DNA of 64,000 nucleotides from Eledone cirrhosa (taxonomy: Eukaryota): assembly GCA_964016885.1 (NCBI GenBank), contig OZ024747.1:9672001-9736000 (forward strand). Reading direction: 5' to 3'. Made by a program: the position numbers and the translations under genes. Positions 27,147-40,570 of the stretch are shown one piece after another (positions within the stretch are counted from its first letter, which is position 1; every line of letters begins with the position of its first letter). Under the pieces are notes generated by a model. The model saw only the letters and a list, made by a program, of their open reading frames with translations, searched no databases and was not told the origin of the DNA.

Positions 27147-27842
27147 ATCGAGTAGGACCCCGACGGCTGAGCTCAAGCCGTTTCGACGGCTAATTCTGGA
27201 CTAAATGAACATTTTTATCCATTTTATCCATTTTATATATATATATATTTATATATTTATATACTATCTCTTTTAATTGTGATAGAGGATTTCTGTGGGG
27301 TTTTAGTCTGTGAAACTGCAGTTAGAGGCAATAAATTTGTTAAACACTTGATATTTAGCTTGTTTAACAATTAATTTTGTCTCTGGGAAAATATACGCAT
27401 AGGGGTTTCCTTTTTTTAAGGTACTCTTTTAAGGTGATCTTCCCTATAGTTAATTCTGAGCCCTAGTTAAGATAGATTAATATTTGTGTCTGTGTATATA
27501 TATATATTTATATATATACACACAAATTTATCCCCTCCTATTCACACTGTCTTCTAATCCTTTTCCATGCCACTATCTCTTCATCTCATCCTTACTCTCT
27601 CTCTCTCTCTCCTTCTGCTCCCCCCTCTCTCCTACTCTCTATCCTTTGGGTTCTCACCCCCTCTCTCTCTTCTGAAAGATAAACCATAATATGTGTGCAT
27701 GTATGTTTGTTTGTAAATGTGTGTTTGTGCAGACACATGCAATTGTGTGTGTGTATATGTGTGTGTGTTTGTTTGATTTTAGATAAGTGCATGTGTCTAC
27801 TCATGCATATTTGTGTATGTGTGTATGTTTGTATAGACACAT

Positions 27843-27873
<31 letters not shown>

Positions 27874-28264
27874 CATAGACACATGCATATGGACAAGTGT
27901 GTATATGTGCATACATATACTCCTATATACAGCTTACACATCAACAGTAAACAGACCGTATATAAACAGTGAGAAGTATATAAAATGAGTACACACACCA
28001 TACGCATACACACACACACAGATACACCACACACACCACACACACACACACACATAGATACACCACACCACACACACACACCAAACACACCACACACACA
28101 CCATACACATACAGATATATTAAAGCAAAACTTACCTCGAAATATTGTTTTTATAAAGCAAATGTTATGTTTAAGTGAGAGAATGTTGTATAATATTTGG
28201 TGCAGAACATGTTGTAGATAAAAGAAATATGAGGTAAGGATATATTACCACATATTATTATTAT

Positions 28265-29070
28265 TGTGATCGGTAGAGGGTCGGACGCCATGCTTTGCAG
28301 CACAGTTACGTCCCTTTACGGACTGAGTTCAAATCCCACCGAGGTTGACTTTGCCTTTCATCCTTACGGGGTCGATAAAATAAAGTACCAGTAATGCACT
28401 GGGTAATTATTGGCCTTGTGCCTAAAGTAGAAACAATTATTATTGTGGATTGGCAGCGGACACCATGCTTTGTAGCATAGAGTTACGACCCTTTATGGTC
28501 TGAGTTCATATCCCACCGAGGTTAACTTTGCCTTTCATCCTTACGGGGTTGATAACATAAAGTACCAGTAATACACTGGGATAATTGCTGGCCTTGTGCC
28601 TAAAGTAGAAACATTTATTATTGGCAGGGGGGATTGGCAGGATCGGTAGAGCATCGGACACCATGCTTTATGGCATAGTGTTACGGCCCTTTACGGCCTG
28701 AGTTCAAATCCTTCCAAGGTTAACTTTGCCTCTCATCCTGACGTGGTCGATAAAATAAAGTACCAGTAATGCACTGGGATCGATTTAACCCTTTAGCATT
28801 TAAACCAGCCATATCCAGCCAGAATTCTCTCAGCTCTTTCTGTTCAAACCAGCCATAACTGGCTGCTCATACTTATGTTAAGGTATTGTTCTCTAAATAA
28901 ATGCTATCAGAATCTCGTAGAGTCGATATTATGTGAAATAATTATGTGATGTAAAGCCTTTACCATGAAATATAATAGTAAATATAGAGTAATGTTAATA
29001 CTCAGGGGTTAATCAACTTTCCCCTCCCCCAAGATTGCTGGCCTTGTGCCTAAATCAGAAACCATTATTA
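28265..29070 (+). mobile_element. Head-to-tail array of three SINE family A copies, the third interrupted by a MITE
   Basis: Core repeated at about 28330, 28510 and 28705; the third copy resumes at 29009. Confidence 0.85.
28789..29008. mobile_element. piggyBac-type MITE with TTAA target site duplication
   Basis: TTAA|CCCTTTAGC...CTCAGGGG|TTAA splits the SINE motif GATTTAATCAAC; second copy at 46025-46232. Confidence 0.85.
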
Positions 29071-29990
29071 TTGTTATTATTATATTCCTGATATATGAAA
29101 ATATTTCCCCTATAAACACAAATATAATCTGTAATGTTTTTGTTATTTATATTGGAACTCCCCACCATCTCAATGTTTGTTAATAGTTTGTAATATCTTT
29201 CTAAATATGTGTGTGAAGGTCTGTGAAAAATAGGTGAAAATATGAAAACCTCTTTTATTTCATTGTCCTCCATATTTCCCATAATTTTACCCACAATGCA
29301 ATGAATGCTACTGGTGAGAAAGGCTGCTTTTTGCAATTTGACAACCTGTTGAACTGCCAATCTCACTAAGATCTGGCTTTAGAATCAAGGATATCTCTCT
29401 GTCATGTACCTTCCTTTCCTCTCTCTCACTTGCTAAACAACACCTAATGCCAGCAGACTGCTAGCTGCATTACACTCTTGCCTTTAAAAGCCCTGCAAAT
29501 CAATAGCAGCCATGATTATGCTGCAGCAATATTGGGAGTTCCCTTTTTTTCCTTCTCTTCTTCCTCCCTACGTAGCAAATCAATTACTACAAGAATAGAT
29601 TCATTTTTTCCCCAGTTAATTCTTTAAATTCCATGTTAAATGATATCTTTTCTTCCCTAAAATCTCTTTGTATTAAAAAATTAATTCATTTTCTTAAATT
29701 TTTACTAATCAAACAACATATATGTAGATAAAATATATATGTAGGTATATGTGTAGGTATATATATACGTAGATAGAATATATATATATATATATAGGTA
29801 TATATATGTAGATAGAATATATAGGTATATATATATATATATATGTAGATAGAATATATAGGTATATATATATATATGTAGATAGAATATATATGTAGGT
29901 TTATATGTAGATAGAATATGTATGTAGATAAACCCAATATAAAAATTGGAAGATAAAAAAAATTGTAGTGAAAGGTTCCTTTTTATAAGT

Positions 29991-30021
<31 letters not shown>

Positions 30022-30194
30022 TACTGCCCATAGCCTTTTTTTTTTTTTGTCCTAATGGAAGAAGCAGAGTCGAATAGATATAAATGGGTTGAGATTAACA
30101 TTGTTAATGTTGAATTTGACCTATTACATGTATATCTCCACATATTAGAGGCTTAGATTTGTAATTGTGGGGGTTGCGAGTTTGATTCCCAAAT

Positions 30195-30610
30195 TTCATA
30201 GCTTTTAGTAGTTAACCTGAGGACAAGAGACAAATTCATAGCTTTTAGGGGTTTACTTGAGGACAAGAGACAAATTCAGAGCTTTTAGGGGTTTACTTGA
30301 GGACAAGAGACAAATTCAGAGCTTTTAGGGGTTTACTTGAGGACAAGAGACAAATTCATAGCTTTTAGGGATTTACTTGAGGACAAGAGACAGATTTCAT
30401 AGCTTTTAGGGGTTTACTTGAGGACAAGAGACAGATTCACAGCTTTTAGGGGTTTACTTGATGACAAGACAGATTTCATAGCTTTTAGAGGGTTTAGTTG
30501 AAGACAAGAGACAGATTCATAGCTTTTCGGGGTTTATTTGAGGACAAGAGACAGATTTCATAGCTTTTAGGGGTTTACTTGAGGACAAGAGACGGATTCA
30601 CAGCTTTTAG
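30195..30610. repeat. 40/41-bp minisatellite, about 10 copies
   Basis: Unit TCATAGCTTTTAGGGGTTTACTTGAGGACAAGAGACAAAT. Confidence 0.92.
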
Positions 30611-31501
30611 GGATCCATCTTTGTCAGAAGAAATGTCTGGTTTTATGTGGTAAATATTCAATTTGAACTGTTGAAGTTGTTGCTATTTATTTCTAGGTCA
30701 ATCGTGACTGAGTAGACCTATGATCAATGGCATTCCAGCCATGACCATCCTATGTTTTTGTAAATCTAGAACTACATTGTCTAATGGGTAGGATGTGAGT
30801 TGAGGAAAGTTTGGTTGCTATATCCTGCAGGTTGAGTAACCACATACAAACTGTCACATGATATTGTGCAGCTTATGTTGTATATTGTGTATGTATAGAG
30901 CAGAAGCCATCTTGCTCGTGGTCTCCCTCTGTAAAATCTGTTATGTGATTCCTTTCTTAGAGATTCTAATAGAAGAATCTTTTGTAAAATATCCCATAAT
31001 TTGGTGCTTAGTTCATATCTCTTGGGTGGAGAGGATATAAAACTTTCACACAGGTTTAGATATGTACAGCATGTGTATATCCAATCCAGGGCCTTCTCAG
31101 TTCTGTTGGTGGAGGAATCCCTCTCTCGTAGACATCCACTGCTTTCTGTTTGGTTTTGGTGATATCAGGGGTACTCACCACACTTGGCTAATTGTGGATT
31201 GGTGAGGCTATTTAACCCATAGTTGGGGTGGATGCTGTTGACTCTGAGGAGTTCATCCACCCTTTTAACAGCTCTTGTTTTGTGTGCTGCTAGGGTTCCA
31301 TTTACCTAATTCTATGTATCTATATGGTTATATGGTTACAAAGGTCACTTTGCAACCACATGGCTTTGAATTTGATCCCACTGTGCAACACCCAGGCAAA
31401 GTGGCTTCTGTTGTAGTTTTACATTGACCAATGCTTTGTAAATGGAATTTTGTAGAAAGAACCACATTAACAAGACATCCTTGGAAAGTATAAAACTGTA
31501 T

Positions 31502-31688
31502 TGTGGATTGGCAGTATCGGTAGAGGGTCGGACGCCATGCTTTCCAGCATAGTTACGTCCCTTTACGATCTGAGTTCAAATCCCGCCGAGGTTGACTTTG
31601 CCTTTCATCCTTACGGGGTCGATAAAATAAAGTACCAGTAATGCACTGGGTAATTGCTGGCCTTGTGCCTAAAGTAGAAACAATTATA
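31502..31688 (+). mobile_element. Full-length SINE family A (tRNA-like head, Meta-domain-like core)
   Basis: GTGGATTGGCAGTATCGGTAGAG...GAGTTCAAATCCCGCCGAGGTTGACTTTGCCTTTCATCCTTACGGGGTCGATAAAATAAAGTACCAG; Meta-domain resemblance is from memory. Confidence 0.88.
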
Positions 31689-31771
31689 TCATATTAAAAA
31701 TTCTAGGTGCAAATACCATGGTCATTAGTGAGGGTCTTTACCCTTTACCCTTAATATATATATATTGACAA

Positions 31772-31985
31772 GTGAAAGCATGTGGCTGAGTGGTTAGAGA
31801 ATTTGATTCGCAATCATGAGATTGTGAGTTCAATTCCTGGACCGGGTTGATGCGTTATGTCCTTGAACAAGACACTTTATTTCACGTTTCTCCTTCTACC
31901 TGGAGTTGCGACCGATAGAGACTATTAGCAATTGGAAAGTCCAATGGAAACATTGTTTCCTCGGTCCGATTTGATGAAAGTCAAT
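31772..31985 (+). mobile_element. SINE family C (tRNA head, CORE-like start, distinct tail)
   Basis: Colinear with 53224-53436. Confidence 0.85.
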
Positions 31986-33789
31986 ACATATATATATATA
32001 TATCGTATATATCGACTTTCGTAGATGCTATTCATACATAGTGGTATAGTAGTCAGCCGTGTGTATTCATGTTTCAGAAATGTGAAATTATGAAATCACT
32101 TCCTATATGTAATCTGGTGTTTTTGTATTCTCACACTTCTTCAACTGTTTGGACTCTCTCTCTCTCGCTCTCTTCCTCTCTCTTCCTCTCTTCCTCTCTC
32201 TTCCTCTCTCTTCCTCTCTCTTCCTCTCTCTTCCTCTCTCTCCTTCTCTGTCTATGTGTGTGTGGCTGTGTGTGTATGGGTGTGTGTGTCTGTCTATGTG
32301 TGTTTGTGAGTGTGTGTGTCTATGTGACTATGTGTCTGTGTTTCTGTATGTGAGTATGTGTGTATCTATTTGTATGTGTGTGTGTGTGTGTGTATGTCTG
32401 TGTATATGTATATGTCTGAATGTCTGTGTGAGTGTGTGTGTGTATGTCTGTGTATGCGTGTGTGTGTGTGTGTGTGTGTGAGTGTGTGTATGTATGTCTA
32501 TGCCTGTCTGCGTGTGTGTATGTCTGTATAAGCACGAGGAAGAGGGCCAGGCAAACTACATATATAGAAATAAACTGATGATGATGGTGGTGGTGGTGCT
32601 AGTGGTGTTGGTGGTGTTGGTGGTAGTGGTGGTCTTGGTGGTGGTGATAGTGGTGGCGGTGATGATGGTGATGGTGATAGTGATGGAGGTGGTGGTGGTG
32701 GTGGTGGTGGTGGTCTTGGTGGTGGTGATAGTGGTGGCAGTGATGATGATGATGGTGGTGGTGATAGTGATGGAGGTGGTGGTGGTCTTGGGGTGATAGT
32801 GATGGTGGTGGTGGTGGTGGTGGTGATATTTTGGTTTTAGTGATATTATTATTAAACGGAAAAAATGAAACGAAATTTCATTCCTCACTTTTAGTACGGC
32901 TGTTACTTAAATAAATTACGTATACATACTGATATTATTATTATTATTGGTTGACTTTGCCTTTCATCCTTACGGGGTCGATAAAATAAAGTACCAGTAA
33001 TGCACTGGGTAATTGCTGGCCTTGTGCCTAAAGTAGAAACAATTATTATTATTGGTATTGCTGTTGTTGATGATGATGATGGGAATTTTCATATTTTGTC
33101 AGTAAAAGTGTGGGAACAAAACATCGGGTTGTGTATGTATATGTGTGTGTAAGTTTGTGTTTGTGTATGTATATGTGTGTGTGTGTGTATATATATATGT
33201 ATGGGTACGTGTATATGTGTGTGTAGCCACCCTCTCACCCGTCCCCCCTACACCCACCCCACTCAACCTTGCCCTTTATACCTACCCTCTCACCCCTCTA
33301 CCCCTACTCAGCCCTCTTCCCCTATACCCACCTCTCTCACCCGTCCACCCCTATACCCACCCATCCACCCCTATCACCCCACTTACACTCCATTGCCCAA
33401 CGTTGCAGTCCAGTGTTTATATAGTCCTCATAGTGGGGCACCTCACCACCACCACCACCACCACTATTACTACTGCTTCCACCCCACCACCATCTTCATT
33501 ATTAGTCAAGGTTAACTTTGCCTTTCATCCTTACGGGATCGATAAAATAAAGTACCAGTAATGCACTGGGATAATTGCTGGCCTTGTGCCAAAAGTAGAA
33601 ACAATTATTACTACTGCTTGTACCACCACCACCACCTCTACTATTACTACTGCTTGCACCCCGCCATCGCCACCACCTCTACTATTACTACTGCTTGCAC
33701 CCCGCCATCGCCACCACCTCTACTATTACTACTGCCTAACCACCACCACTATTACTACTGCTTGCACCCCCGCCACCTCCACCACCATC

Positions 33790-34335
33790 ACTACTACGTG
33801 CAGCCCTCCACCACCATCACTACTACGTGCAGCCCACCACCACCATCATAACTAAATGCAGCCCTCCACCACCACCACCATCATAACTACGTGCAGCCCT
33901 CCACCACCACCACCACCACCACCACCACCACCACCACCACTATCAATACTACGTGCAGCCCTCCACCACCACCACTATCAATACTACGTGCAGCCCCCCA
34001 CCACCACCACTATCACTACTACGTGCAGCCCTCCACCACCACCACTATCAATACTACGTGCAGCCCCCCACCACCACCACTATCACTACTACGTGCAGCC
34101 CTCCACCACCACCACTATCAATACTACGTGCAGCCCCCCACCACCACCACTATCACTACTACGTGCAGCCCTCCACCACCACCACTATCAATACTACGTG
34201 CAGCCCTCCACCACCACCACTATCACTACTACGTGCAGCCCTCCACCACCACCACTATCACTACTACGTGCAGCCCTCCACCACCACCACCACCACCATC
34301 AATACTACGTGCAGCCCACCACCACCACCACCACT
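33790..34335. repeat. 33-bp minisatellite (ACTACGTGCAGCCCTCCACCACCACCACTATCA)n
   Basis: Direct reading. Confidence 0.9.
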
Positions 34336-34820
34336 ATCACTACTTCTTCTTCCGTGTCTCTACTCTTGCTGCTATTCATATTACCACTGTTGCTGCTATT
34401 CCACTGCTGTTGCTTGCTGTACCATTACCAGTTGCCTAGCACCCCCACTACCACATTCCTCTCCCCACTACCATTACTGCTACTACTACTGCTACTACTA
34501 CTGCTTCCACTACTACTACCACTTCTTCAATTTCTGACCTAGTTCTAACCATTTATGAAACGGCACTGTCTGTTTATGTGAATATATGTTGTGTATATAT
34601 ATACGTGTGTGTGTGTATATATTTAACTGTGTCTATAGATATATATAGATATATAGATGTGGGTGTGTGTAAGTGTGTTTGTATGATGATACATCGCGCT
34701 GTTAGTCTGACACACTTGCACACATACATATACACATACACATACACTTACACATAAGTCTTAGAGTTGTTGCTTCAATTTGACGTTTATGAATTAGAGG
34801 TACACAAGCCTCTAAACCAA

Positions 34821-34903
<83 letters not shown>

Positions 34904-35055
34904 CATACATACAGCTAGTCGCTGGTGCTCGTTCGATCTAACTATCGGTCTATCTAGTTATTTGTTCTCTAAACTAGCTTATTCTACGTCATCACCATTC
35001 CACGTTCTTGGTGAAATATGGATGGAATTAGGTAATTCTACGTGTTCATTTTAAA

Positions 35056-35086
<31 letters not shown>

Positions 35087-35177
35087 TTCTGTTGGTTTGT
35101 TGTCGCTGAAGTCGACAACAATTATATTTTATCGTCTGCCAATGTATATACATGTCTAATGAGACAAAACTACACAA

Positions 35178-35255
35178 ATGGGGATTGTTTTTATCACACA
35201 CGAAGATGTGAAGTCTTTCACAAGACAGACACCATGGAAGATGCTGGCTGGTGAT
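35178..35255 (+). CDS. Candidate first coding exon MGIVFITHEDVKSFTRQTPWKMLAGD
   Basis: ATG at 35178, 26 open codons, then consensus donor GTAAGT at 35256 in phase 0, matching the phase 0 acceptor at 54830. CpG-containing unique flanks; PWKML echoes PWRIL at the start of the large exon. Confidence 0.5.
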
Positions 35256-35341
35256 GTAAGTTTAGAGATTTTTGTATTCTTACTTTCTTCTTTATTTTAT
35301 ATTTTTTTGCTTCCATATTCTTAAATCTTGACTTTCAAATC

Positions 35342-35380
<39 letters not shown>

Positions 35381-35463
35381 TGCTTGGAGTTTCTTCCTAT
35401 AAATTTATATATTCCATTATATACACACACACATATATACACATGTATATATGTGTGTGTATA

Positions 35464-35501
<38 letters not shown>

Positions 35502-35634
35502 TGTGTGTGTGTGTGTGTGTGCGTATGAGTCCCGGGTTTAATCGGGGGTAACCACATTAAGTAATGTACTCTGTAATGATTTCTTTTGAATGAAACAGTT
35601 CTAGGCCTGTAGAAGCCATTTCTATAGTAAACAT

Positions 35635-35683
<49 letters not shown>

Positions 35684-35965
35684 CAGGTGTGTATGTGTGT
35701 AGGGTCTCTAATCGAAAGGAATCTAGCAAGACAGCACAAAATTGCTTTCCACAACGTGCAGGATAAGGGAAGGGGATGTTGCTGAAATTCCATGGAGGCT
35801 GCGAGCTTTTTACGATATTCCACGGCTCATTCCTATATTCGCCGGGTCATAAATCGATATACCGGCAGAAGTCCCGTTTCATAGACCCCTCCCCTCCTTC
35901 TCTGTCTCTTTGAGAGAGAGAGAGAGAGAGTGAGACAGTTCGTATATATATATACACACGCACAC

Positions 35966-36028
<63 letters not shown>

Positions 36029-36055
36029 TACACACACATATACATATATAAAAGA

Positions 36056-36180
36056 TTTAATATAGAAATGGCTTCTACAGGTCTAGAACTGTGTCATTCA
36101 AAGGAAATCAGCAGGGCTTTCCTGATGATTTCCTTTGAATGAAACCGTTCTAATCCTGTAGAAACCATTTCTACATTAAA
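36056..36180. repeat. Imperfect hairpin (about 60-bp arms) of a short repeat containing CTGATGA...GAAAC
   Basis: AGAAATGGCTTCTACAGG...AAAGGAAATCAGCAGG versus CCTGATGATTTCCTTTGAATGAAAC...GTAGAAACCATTTCT; single copies at about 35575-35630 and 50487-50530. Confidence 0.75.
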
Positions 36181-36280
36181 CTTCGTTACACTCACACGCA
36201 CTCACATATATGTATATGTGTATGTATATATATATATACAATATATTAATAAATGGAAACTATATTTATAAAACCATATT

Positions 36281-36346
36281 TATTTTATTATACATATTTC
36301 AAGGGCGACCAAGGCAAATTATGGTGCGCTTTCATCAGATAAAATA
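36281..36346 (-). ncRNA. Minimal type I hammerhead ribozyme (left arm)
   Basis: Exact reverse complement of 36493-36558. Confidence 0.82.
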
Positions 36347-36492
36347 CAGATTTGTTTTATAAATAAATATTGACATACCCGGAAAAAAGACAACCTTAAC
36401 AGTTGGAGCTTCCTGGATAGTTCAGGAAGCTCCAACCGTTAAGGTTGTCTTTTTTTCCGGGTATGTCAATATTTATTTATAAAACAAATCTG

Positions 36493-36558
36493 TATTTTAT
36501 CTGATGAAAGCGCACCATAATTTGCCTTGGTCGCCCTTGAAATATGTATAATAAAATA
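36493..36558 (+). ncRNA. Minimal type I hammerhead ribozyme (right arm)
   Basis: UAUUUUAU CUGAUGA (36501-36507) AAGCGCACCA-loop-UGGUCGCCCUU GAAA (36539-36542) UAUGUA UA AUAAAAUA; predicted cleavage after 36550. Confidence 0.82.
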
Positions 36559-36944
36559 AATATGGTTTTATAAATATAGTTTCCATTTATTAATATATTG
36601 TGTATTTACTCCACTAACTTGTTGAGTGCTTTATATCAGTTATAAAAATGTTTAAGCTTGTAGGGGGGGGGGGGGGGGGTATATACATGTTCATGTATAA
36701 ATATATATGTTACTGCTCCAGCATGGCTACCATTATTGTTCAACTCAATGGCTGAAACCAGTAAAGGAGGATATAGATATATAATGTACATGGTCTACTT
36801 TAAAAAATAGGTATATATAGTGTATATATAGTGTGTATATATAGTGTATATATACTAACTGTTGAAGGAAGTCAAGTGATCCCTTTATGCTAGGGTGTAT
36901 AATATGGTTCATATATGGTGCAACCTTGACTTCGTTCCTGCTTA

Positions 36945-36981
36945 CTTGTATATATATGTGTGTGTGTATGCATATATATAT

Positions 36982-37012
<31 letters not shown>

Positions 37013-37331
37013 GTATGTATAGTGTATAGTGTGTGTATGCATATATATATATAGTGTGTGTGTGTGTGTATATATATATATGTATGTATATGTATAGTGT
37101 GTGTATGTATATATATGTGTGTGTGTATGCATATATATATAGTGTGTGTGTGTATATATATATATGTATGTATAGTGTATAGTGTGTGTATGTATATATG
37201 TGGGTGTGTGTATGCATATATATATAGTGTGTGTGTATATATATATATGTATGTATAGTGTGTGTATGTATATATGTGGGTGTGTGTATGTGTGTATATA
37301 TATATGTATAGTGTGTGTGTATATATGTGTG

Positions 37332-37377
<46 letters not shown>

Positions 37378-37662
37378 CATATGTATAGTGTATATTTATG
37401 TATATATGTGTGTGTGTATATATATGTATAATGTGTGTGTATATATATGTATGTATGTATAAATGAAGCAATATATATATGTGTGTATGTATATATGTAT
37501 ATATATGTATAGTGTGTGTGTGTGTGTATATATATATATGTATAATGTGTGTGTATATATATGTGTGTATGCATGTATATATATGTGTGTGTGCATATGT
37601 ATAGTGTATATTTATATATATATATATATATATAAAGTGTGTGATTGTGGATATGTATAGTG

Positions 37663-37738
<76 letters not shown>

Positions 37739-37945
37739 CATATGTATAGTGTATATTTATATATATATATATATAAAGTGTGTGATTGTGGATATGTATA
37801 GTGTATGTATATATATGCGTGTGTGTGTGCATATGTATAGTGTATATTTATATATATATATAAAGTATGTGTTTATGTGTATGTATAGTGTATATATATA
37901 TATGTGTGTGTGTGTGTGTATGTATAAGATATATATACATATATA
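36945..37945. repeat. Compound (TA)/(TG) microsatellite
   Basis: Direct reading. Confidence 0.92.
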
Positions 37946-38194
37946 AGGAAGGCAGACACGTGTTTGTATGTGTGTGTCTGTTCAATATATGTAAGGTCTC
38001 TTTGAATCAAGCCTGCAATCGATTGTAATTCCTGGTTGGACCCTACTGCTCCCTTTTCCTCCAATGATAACCCTTAAACAAGTCATCGACTTCCCTAATT
38101 CCCTTCTCCTAAAAATACCAGCGTTCGCTTCTTTATAATAATGAAGCCATTGCATTATCATAAATTCCAAAATATATCGTCACTTGTTATCTCC

Positions 38195-38980
38195 CTCCTC
38201 ATCACCATCATCATCACCACCACCATCACCTTCATCACCATCATCATCACCACCACCGCCTTCATCATCATCATCATCACCACCACCCTCATCATCATCA
38301 TCACCTTCATCACCACCACCACCTTCATCACCACCACCTTCACCACCACCACCTTCATCACCATCATCATCACCACCACCACCACCTTCACCACCACCAC
38401 CTTCATCACCATCACCTGCATCATCATCTCCTTCATCATCATCACCACCACCATCATCACCTTCATCACCATCATCATCATCACCACCACCCTCATCATC
38501 ACCACCTTCACCACCATCACCTTCACCACCATCACCTTCATCATCATCTCCTTCATCATCACCACCACCACCATCATCACCTTCATCATCATCATCATCA
38601 TCATAAATAACATTTATTGTAATGCACTTGAGTACTGTACACAATAATTTTCATTATTATTATATTTATTTATATTCCTTATTCTCATCGTCATCATCAT
38701 CACTACCATCATTATCACCATCATTATCACCTTCATTCTCTTCATTATCATCATTTTCATCGTCATCATCATTTTCATCATCATCATCATCATCGTCATC
38801 ATTTTCATCATTATCACCATCATTATCATCACCTTAATCATCATCATTATCATCACCACCATCAGCCTCACTACAATCATTACCATCATTATTACCATCA
38901 TTATTACCATCATTATCATCACCTTAATCATCATCATCATCATCACCATCACCATCACCACAACTATTGCTACCATTATC
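38195..38980. repeat. (CAT/CAC)n compound microsatellite
   Basis: Direct reading. Confidence 0.92.
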
Positions 38981-40427
38981 AATGTAAAGAAATACTACAG
39001 CTACAAGCCAGACTATTTAATAATTTAACCATATTTATTTCCCTGCTTCAAGACTGACTTTCAAGTCCCATCAAAGTCTAGCCTGGCCTTTTCCTCTGTT
39101 TAATGTTAATAGTCCAAGTACCAGTCATACACTGGGGACATTTAAATGACTACATCTAAAAATGTATGGCTTTGTAACAATTTATTGAACCTCTCCCGCC
39201 TTCCAAACTTGATTAAATAAAGTACCAGTGATAAACTGGGAACCCATTCTCTTGCTTTCACCTTCCTCTCTCTAAATTTGAGATCTTGCTGCTCAGAGTG
39301 TATATCTGTAGATTGAAGAACAACTTAGAAGGGTCCCTAGCAATCAGGGTGGCCATAGGCTTTCTCTTCGTGTGACCCTCAAAGATCTCCCTCTCCCATT
39401 ATGGAATTTGTTTTGTTTTGATTTTTTAAATATTTATTTTTTTAGCACACAAAACCCCACTCTGTTTCTTCATGTGTCATCTTTATTGTTTTCTTAATGT
39501 AAGCCCTGTATCTCCTACTTGTTCTGGCTCTTTGTGTTCTGAGTTCAAATCCCACTGAGGTCAATTTTGTCCTTCATTCTTCTGGGATCAATAAAATAAA
39601 GTACCAGTCATTTACTGGGGTTGATATAACCAACTGTTCTCCTCTCCCACATCACCTATTAATTACATCCTACCATCTTAAATATGGAAATGATACATTA
39701 GATAATGTAATTCTAGATCTTCCTAAAAGGGTTTTATGGTCGCAGCTATTAAGCCTATGATTATAGAACTGTTTGTTCTGGGCTGACACAAGACTTAACA
39801 ACAGTAAGAACGACATGCACTTTTTCTATTTAACTTCTGTTTAAATAACTCTGGTTGTCCCAGTTATATGATAACTGTGAGAACAGACAGATATGTGTTT
39901 GTGAAAACAACTGCTTCAGTTATATGTAAATGTTTCCATTCTTAGGAAGATAGATAGAAAGAGATTGAGAAAGGCCTTGGGTAGAAGAGCCTGTTTGATA
40001 AATATATTTCAGTCTTCATTTCATGCTATAAAAACTGGCGATTGGCCTGCAACCTGTCCTGGGAGGTGTGGAATGGACACACAAATATTGTGTATCCTGA
40101 GACCCCATTGAGGGGTATCCAATCAGATCATTTGGAAACAGTTTCTTCTGACAGGACCCACTGGAAGAAGTGTATGAGAGCTCTGTCCCCATAACCCCCT
40201 CAGGAATAAGTGGGCGAAGAAGAAGATATTGAGAGAGTTCTAACTATTGTTGTTATAAAGCCAACTTCCATGTTGACATAGTTTGGGTCAGAGATTATAG
40301 TTGCTGTTTAGTCACAAGATCCAGTATATTTATAATGATTTTGAATTTAGTCACAAGGCCAGAAAATTTGAGGGAAGGGCAAAGTTGATTAAATCAACTT
40401 TGTTATTGAATAACCTTAGTCTACAGC

Positions 40428-40570
40428 TTGACCCTGTTTTACTATGTTTGGCCCTGTTTGACTTTGTTTGACCCCGTTTGACTCTGTTTGACCCTGTTGG
40501 ACTCTGTTTGACCCTGTTTGATCCAGTTTGGCTCTGTTCGACCCCGTTTGACTCTGTTTGACTCTGTTGT
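40428..40570. repeat. 10-bp tandem repeat (GACCCTGTTT)n
   Basis: Direct reading. Confidence 0.85.

Larger units (their letters stand above)
36238..36601. repeat. Near-perfect inverted repeat, about 178-bp arms and 7-nt spacer, each arm carrying a hammerhead
   Basis: Left arm ends CTTCCTG (36415), spacer GATAGTT, right arm starts CAGGAAG (36423); I see one substitution and one 1-nt indel. Confidence 0.95.
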
